A stretch of 63,994 nucleotides of DNA, counting the filler, from Octopus bimaculoides (lineage: Eukaryota), in NCBI RefSeq assembly GCF_001194135.2. It is 4 parts of 4 records of this genome, joined end to end, with 100 filler letters (N's around TTAATTAATTAA, not from the genome) between each part and the next. Parts side by side here need not be neighbours in the genome. Positions count along the whole stretch, not along the records: positions 40,989 to 62,523 come from NC_068995.1; positions 62,624 to 63,994 come from NW_026309916.1; 2 more parts are not named here. One strand, 5' to 3'. Every line of letters begins with the position of its first letter. Within the stretch, counting starts at the first letter, position 1. This document shows positions 60,951-63,994 of the stretch, one piece after another. The position numbers and the translations under genes were made by a program. The notes under the pieces are model-generated. The model did not search any database, was not told where the DNA came from, and was given only the letters and a program-made list of their open reading frames with translations.

Positions 60951-61399
60951 CATAACGTGGTAACTTTTGAGATAACAAGCATCTTAGAGATTATTGTGTA
61001 TCTTATAGTGCGGGGATGAGGGGCAGCAAACTATGCCATGTGAACCATATCTGACCGATGGCATCATTTCATTTGGCCACGTTTATTAAGTACGTAACAT
61101 TACGTACAGTAATTCTTTGTTTAATTAATTTTTGGTTAGTGAACAATAAAATTCACTATCAAGAAATAACAGAAAAAGAGCACATTTTTGTAATGGCTTC
61201 AAATGAATCAGTTTTATCATCATCATCATCATCATCATCATACAGGTAATGTCTGTGTTCCATACAAGCATGAATTGAATGATCTGACTGTATCCAACAA
61301 TGACTCAGAAGGCTGAATTGGGCTCCAGCGTCTGCTTTGGCAAGGGGTCTGTGGCTGGATACTCTTCCTAATGCCAACAACTTGACAGAGTGTATTAGG

Positions 61400-61660
61400 C
61401 TTTGCTTGTTTCAGTCATTAGATTGCAGCCATGCTGAGATACCACCTCAAAGAACTTTAATCAAATGAATCAACTCCAGTATTTTTTTTTTTTAAGCCTT
61501 GTACTTATTTTATTGGTCTCTTTTGCTGAAGTTATGGGGGTGTAAACACACCAACACTGGTTGCTGGTTGTCAAGTGGTAGTAGGGGACAAAGATTCACA
61601 CAAATATATACATATACGCACACACGACTGGCTTCTTTCAGTTTCTGTCTACCAAATCCA
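61400..61660 (-). mobile_element. SINE family B, partial
   Basis: cttgtttcagtcattagattgcagccatgctg...ggcttctttcagtttctgtctaccaaatcc. Confidence 0.88.
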
Positions 61661-62372
61661 TCCAAGGCACCAGCACTAGTGAGGTCACCCAGTGACTTAC
61701 TAGAATGGGGGTGCAGTATTGAAGGAGGTGGATTTGTGTCATATGTTGAGAGGCTAAATTATAATAGAGGAACAGAAACAGGTGTCTTGCCAAAGAGGAG
61801 ATACATTGATACCACAGCTGAAAAGGGAAAAATGAGGTATCAGGGCATACCTCAAGGTAGAAGGTACTTGAAGAGAGAATAAGGAAAGAAAATCAAAGGT
61901 GGCAGGATGAGTAAATTCATGCATGTGTGAAAGGAATAGCAGATGATAGAGATGAGGATAGAAGTGAATGCAATGAATGGAGGATTGGACAGTGGTGAAT
62001 CTCAGTTTGGAGAAAATGTAAGGAAAATAGAGTGAGTTGGCAAAGAGGAGGTGGTGATAGATGGTAATGCATAAAAAGGTGGGGGGGGAAGCAAGAGTAA
62101 TAAAACTGGAGTGGGGGTTATGTGAAGTGTTGGGGAGAGATGTATAGTNNNNNNNNNNGGGGGGGAAGCAAGAGTAATAAAACTGGAGTGGGGGTTATGT
62201 GAAGTGTTGGGGAGAGATGTATAGTAGCAAAAAAAAAAAGTGGGAGCATCAATGGCAAATATGAAGGTATTTAGAGGAAAAGGGCTTTCTGTCAAAAGTA
62301 GTTAGGGATAATGTTTGGAGTGTAGAATGGTTGGCAAAGAAGCCGTTCCGAGGAGAGAGATAAGTAATAGCA

Positions 62373-62402
<30 letters not shown>

Positions 62403-62403
<1 letters not shown>

Positions 62404-62523
62404 CTAGCAGAAATATCCGGCTTTGCCCGGGTTAAAGAGAATAATGAAATCTAAAAACGCCGTCTAGACTACGCAACCCTCAACTGTTAGTAGCTACGAT
62501 ACCATATTTCTACATTAATAACT
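62403..62523 (-). mobile_element. Helitron 3' terminus (rest lost in gap)
   Basis: Minus strand ...acccgggcaaagccggatatttctgCTAGt: GC hairpin plus terminal CTAG followed by T. Confidence 0.75.
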
Positions 62524-62734
62524 NNNNNNNNNNNNNNNNNNNNNNNNNNNNNNNNNNNNNNNNNNNNTTAATTAATTAANNNNNNNNNNNNNNNNNNNNN
62601 NNNNNNNNNNNNNNNNNNNNNNNTGGGGATGTTAGGTGTGTGTACGTGAGAGTGTGCGTATATCTCTTTGAGTATGTATGTGTTGTTTTAATCATCCTTG
62701 TGGTGTGTGTGTGTGCTGTCACACACACCACAAG

Positions 62735-63747
62735 AAACGGAGCCAGTATGCTCCGATGGATGTGTAATGTCAGTGTGCATACTTGACAGCGTGTAAGTAT
62801 CTTGAGAGAAAAGTTGAACCTAAGAAGCATCAGTTGTGGTGTGAAAGAGAGACGATTGTGCTGGTATGGACATGTGGTGAGAATGGATGAGAATAGCTGT
62901 GTGAAAAAGTGCCACACTTTAACGGTTGAGGGAACCTGTGGAAGAGGTAGACCCAGGAAGACTTGGGATGAGGTGGTGAAGCACAACCATCGAACTTTAG
63001 GCCTCACCAAGGCAATGACTAGTGACCGGGACCTTTGGAAATATGAAGTACGTGAGAAAACCCGGCAAGCGAAGTGAGAGCATAATCTGTGGCCTCTGCC
63101 AAAAGTGTGGCCAGCTCACTTAGTTGTATCTTTACTTCATTGGACACTAAGCTCTGCTTATGAAGACCTGTTGCAGTAAGTGAATTGAAATTGGAATTGA
63201 AATTGGAATCAAAATTCGACGACTGGCACCCATGCCAACCTCTCCTTCATTGGACACTAAACTCTGCTTGTGAAGACCTGGTGGGGCAAGTGAAATCGAA
63301 ATCATAATTGAACCATATTCGATGAACCATATTCGATGAACCATATTCGATGACCGGCACCTGTGCCAGTGGAGCACATACAGCACCATCCGAGCCTGAT
63401 CATTGCCAGAGCAGCTGTCTAGCATCCGTTTTAGTGGCGAGTAAATAGCACCATTTATGCGTGATCGTTACTAGCGTAGCCTTACTGGCACTTGTGCCAG
63501 TGGCATGTTAGAAAAACATTTGATCGAGGTCATTGCCAGTGCCGCTGGACTGGCCCTCGTGCCGGTGGCATGTAAAAGCACCGTCTACACTCTCGGAGTG
63601 GTTGGTGTTAGGAAGGGCATCCAGCTGTAGAAACTCTGCCAGATCAGATTGGAGCCTGGTGTAGCCATCCGGTTCACCAGTCCTCAGTCAAATCGTCCAA
63701 CCCATGCCAGCATGGAAAGCGGACGTTAAATAATAATGATGATATAT
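62735..63747 (+). mobile_element. RTE-clade LINE 3' end (ORF C-terminus plus ~670-bp 3'UTR with (ATG)n-like tail)
   Basis: MLRWMC...RRLCWYGHVVRM...GRGRPRKTW...DRDLW; the UTR ends catgccagcatggaaagcggacgttaaa taataatgatgat. Confidence 0.95.
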
Positions 63748-63765
63748 ATATATATATATATATAT

Positions 63766-63994
63766 ATTAGACTAGTGCTTCATCATAGGCTAGCTACAGT
63801 CATCTCAGCCTATGCCCCTCAACCGGGGCTCCCGGATGGGCTGAAAGACCAATTCTATGACACCCTCTTGCAAACTACCTCGTCGACAAGAGACAGAAAC
63901 CTTCTCTTTGTGGCTAGTGACTTCAATGGTCATGTCGGACGTCATGGTGGAGGCTTCCATGGCATACATGGAGGCTATGGCTTCGGTTCCCGCA
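63766..63994 (+). mobile_element. RTE-clade LINE endonuclease fragment (5'-truncated, runs off the window end)
   Basis: Open frame VISAYAPQPGL...FYDTL...ASDFNGHVG...HGGYGFGSR. Confidence 0.93.

Noticed and set aside
63310-63351. Short regular repeats as a CRISPR array (also 5811-6000)
   Set aside because: Head-to-tail tandem units without unique spacers, in eukaryotic context with no cas genes.

Overview
Eukaryotic, AT-rich, repeat-saturated scaffold with 13 N-gaps. The repeat repertoire (three tRNA-derived SINE families, RTE, R4/Dong and Tx1/L1 LINEs, Tc1/mariner, hAT, Helitron, dense microsatellites) points to an octopus genome; this is inferred from repeat recognition, not a database search. 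There are no prokaryotic features, CRISPR arrays, rRNA genes or true tRNA genes. Only two host coding pieces can be supported. One is a 286-aa FHA-domain, TCF19-like ORF on the minus strand (57263-58123). The other is a 43-nt first exon of a short-chain dehydrogenase/reductase (MAMCNLAGKVALITG, 59905-59947, +), which lies head-to-head with it and is missing from the ORF track. Nearly all other listed ORFs are decayed transposon frames, microsatellite translations or N-runs. The best leads are: (1) an unclassified element with interleaved 132-bp direct and 72-bp inverted repeats carrying octamer and CCAAT motifs; (2) four decayed minimal hammerhead-ribozyme folds of the Penelope type; (3) a Tx1/L1 LINE 3' end whose tail matches one SINE subfamily; (4) an 802-bp hAT element with a perfect TSD and non-transposase cargo; (5) several compact fold-back structures that could form dsRNA. 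I found no convincing new multi-gene system. Repeat boundaries were read by eye and are approximate (about 10-30 bp) unless a TSD or TIR is given.
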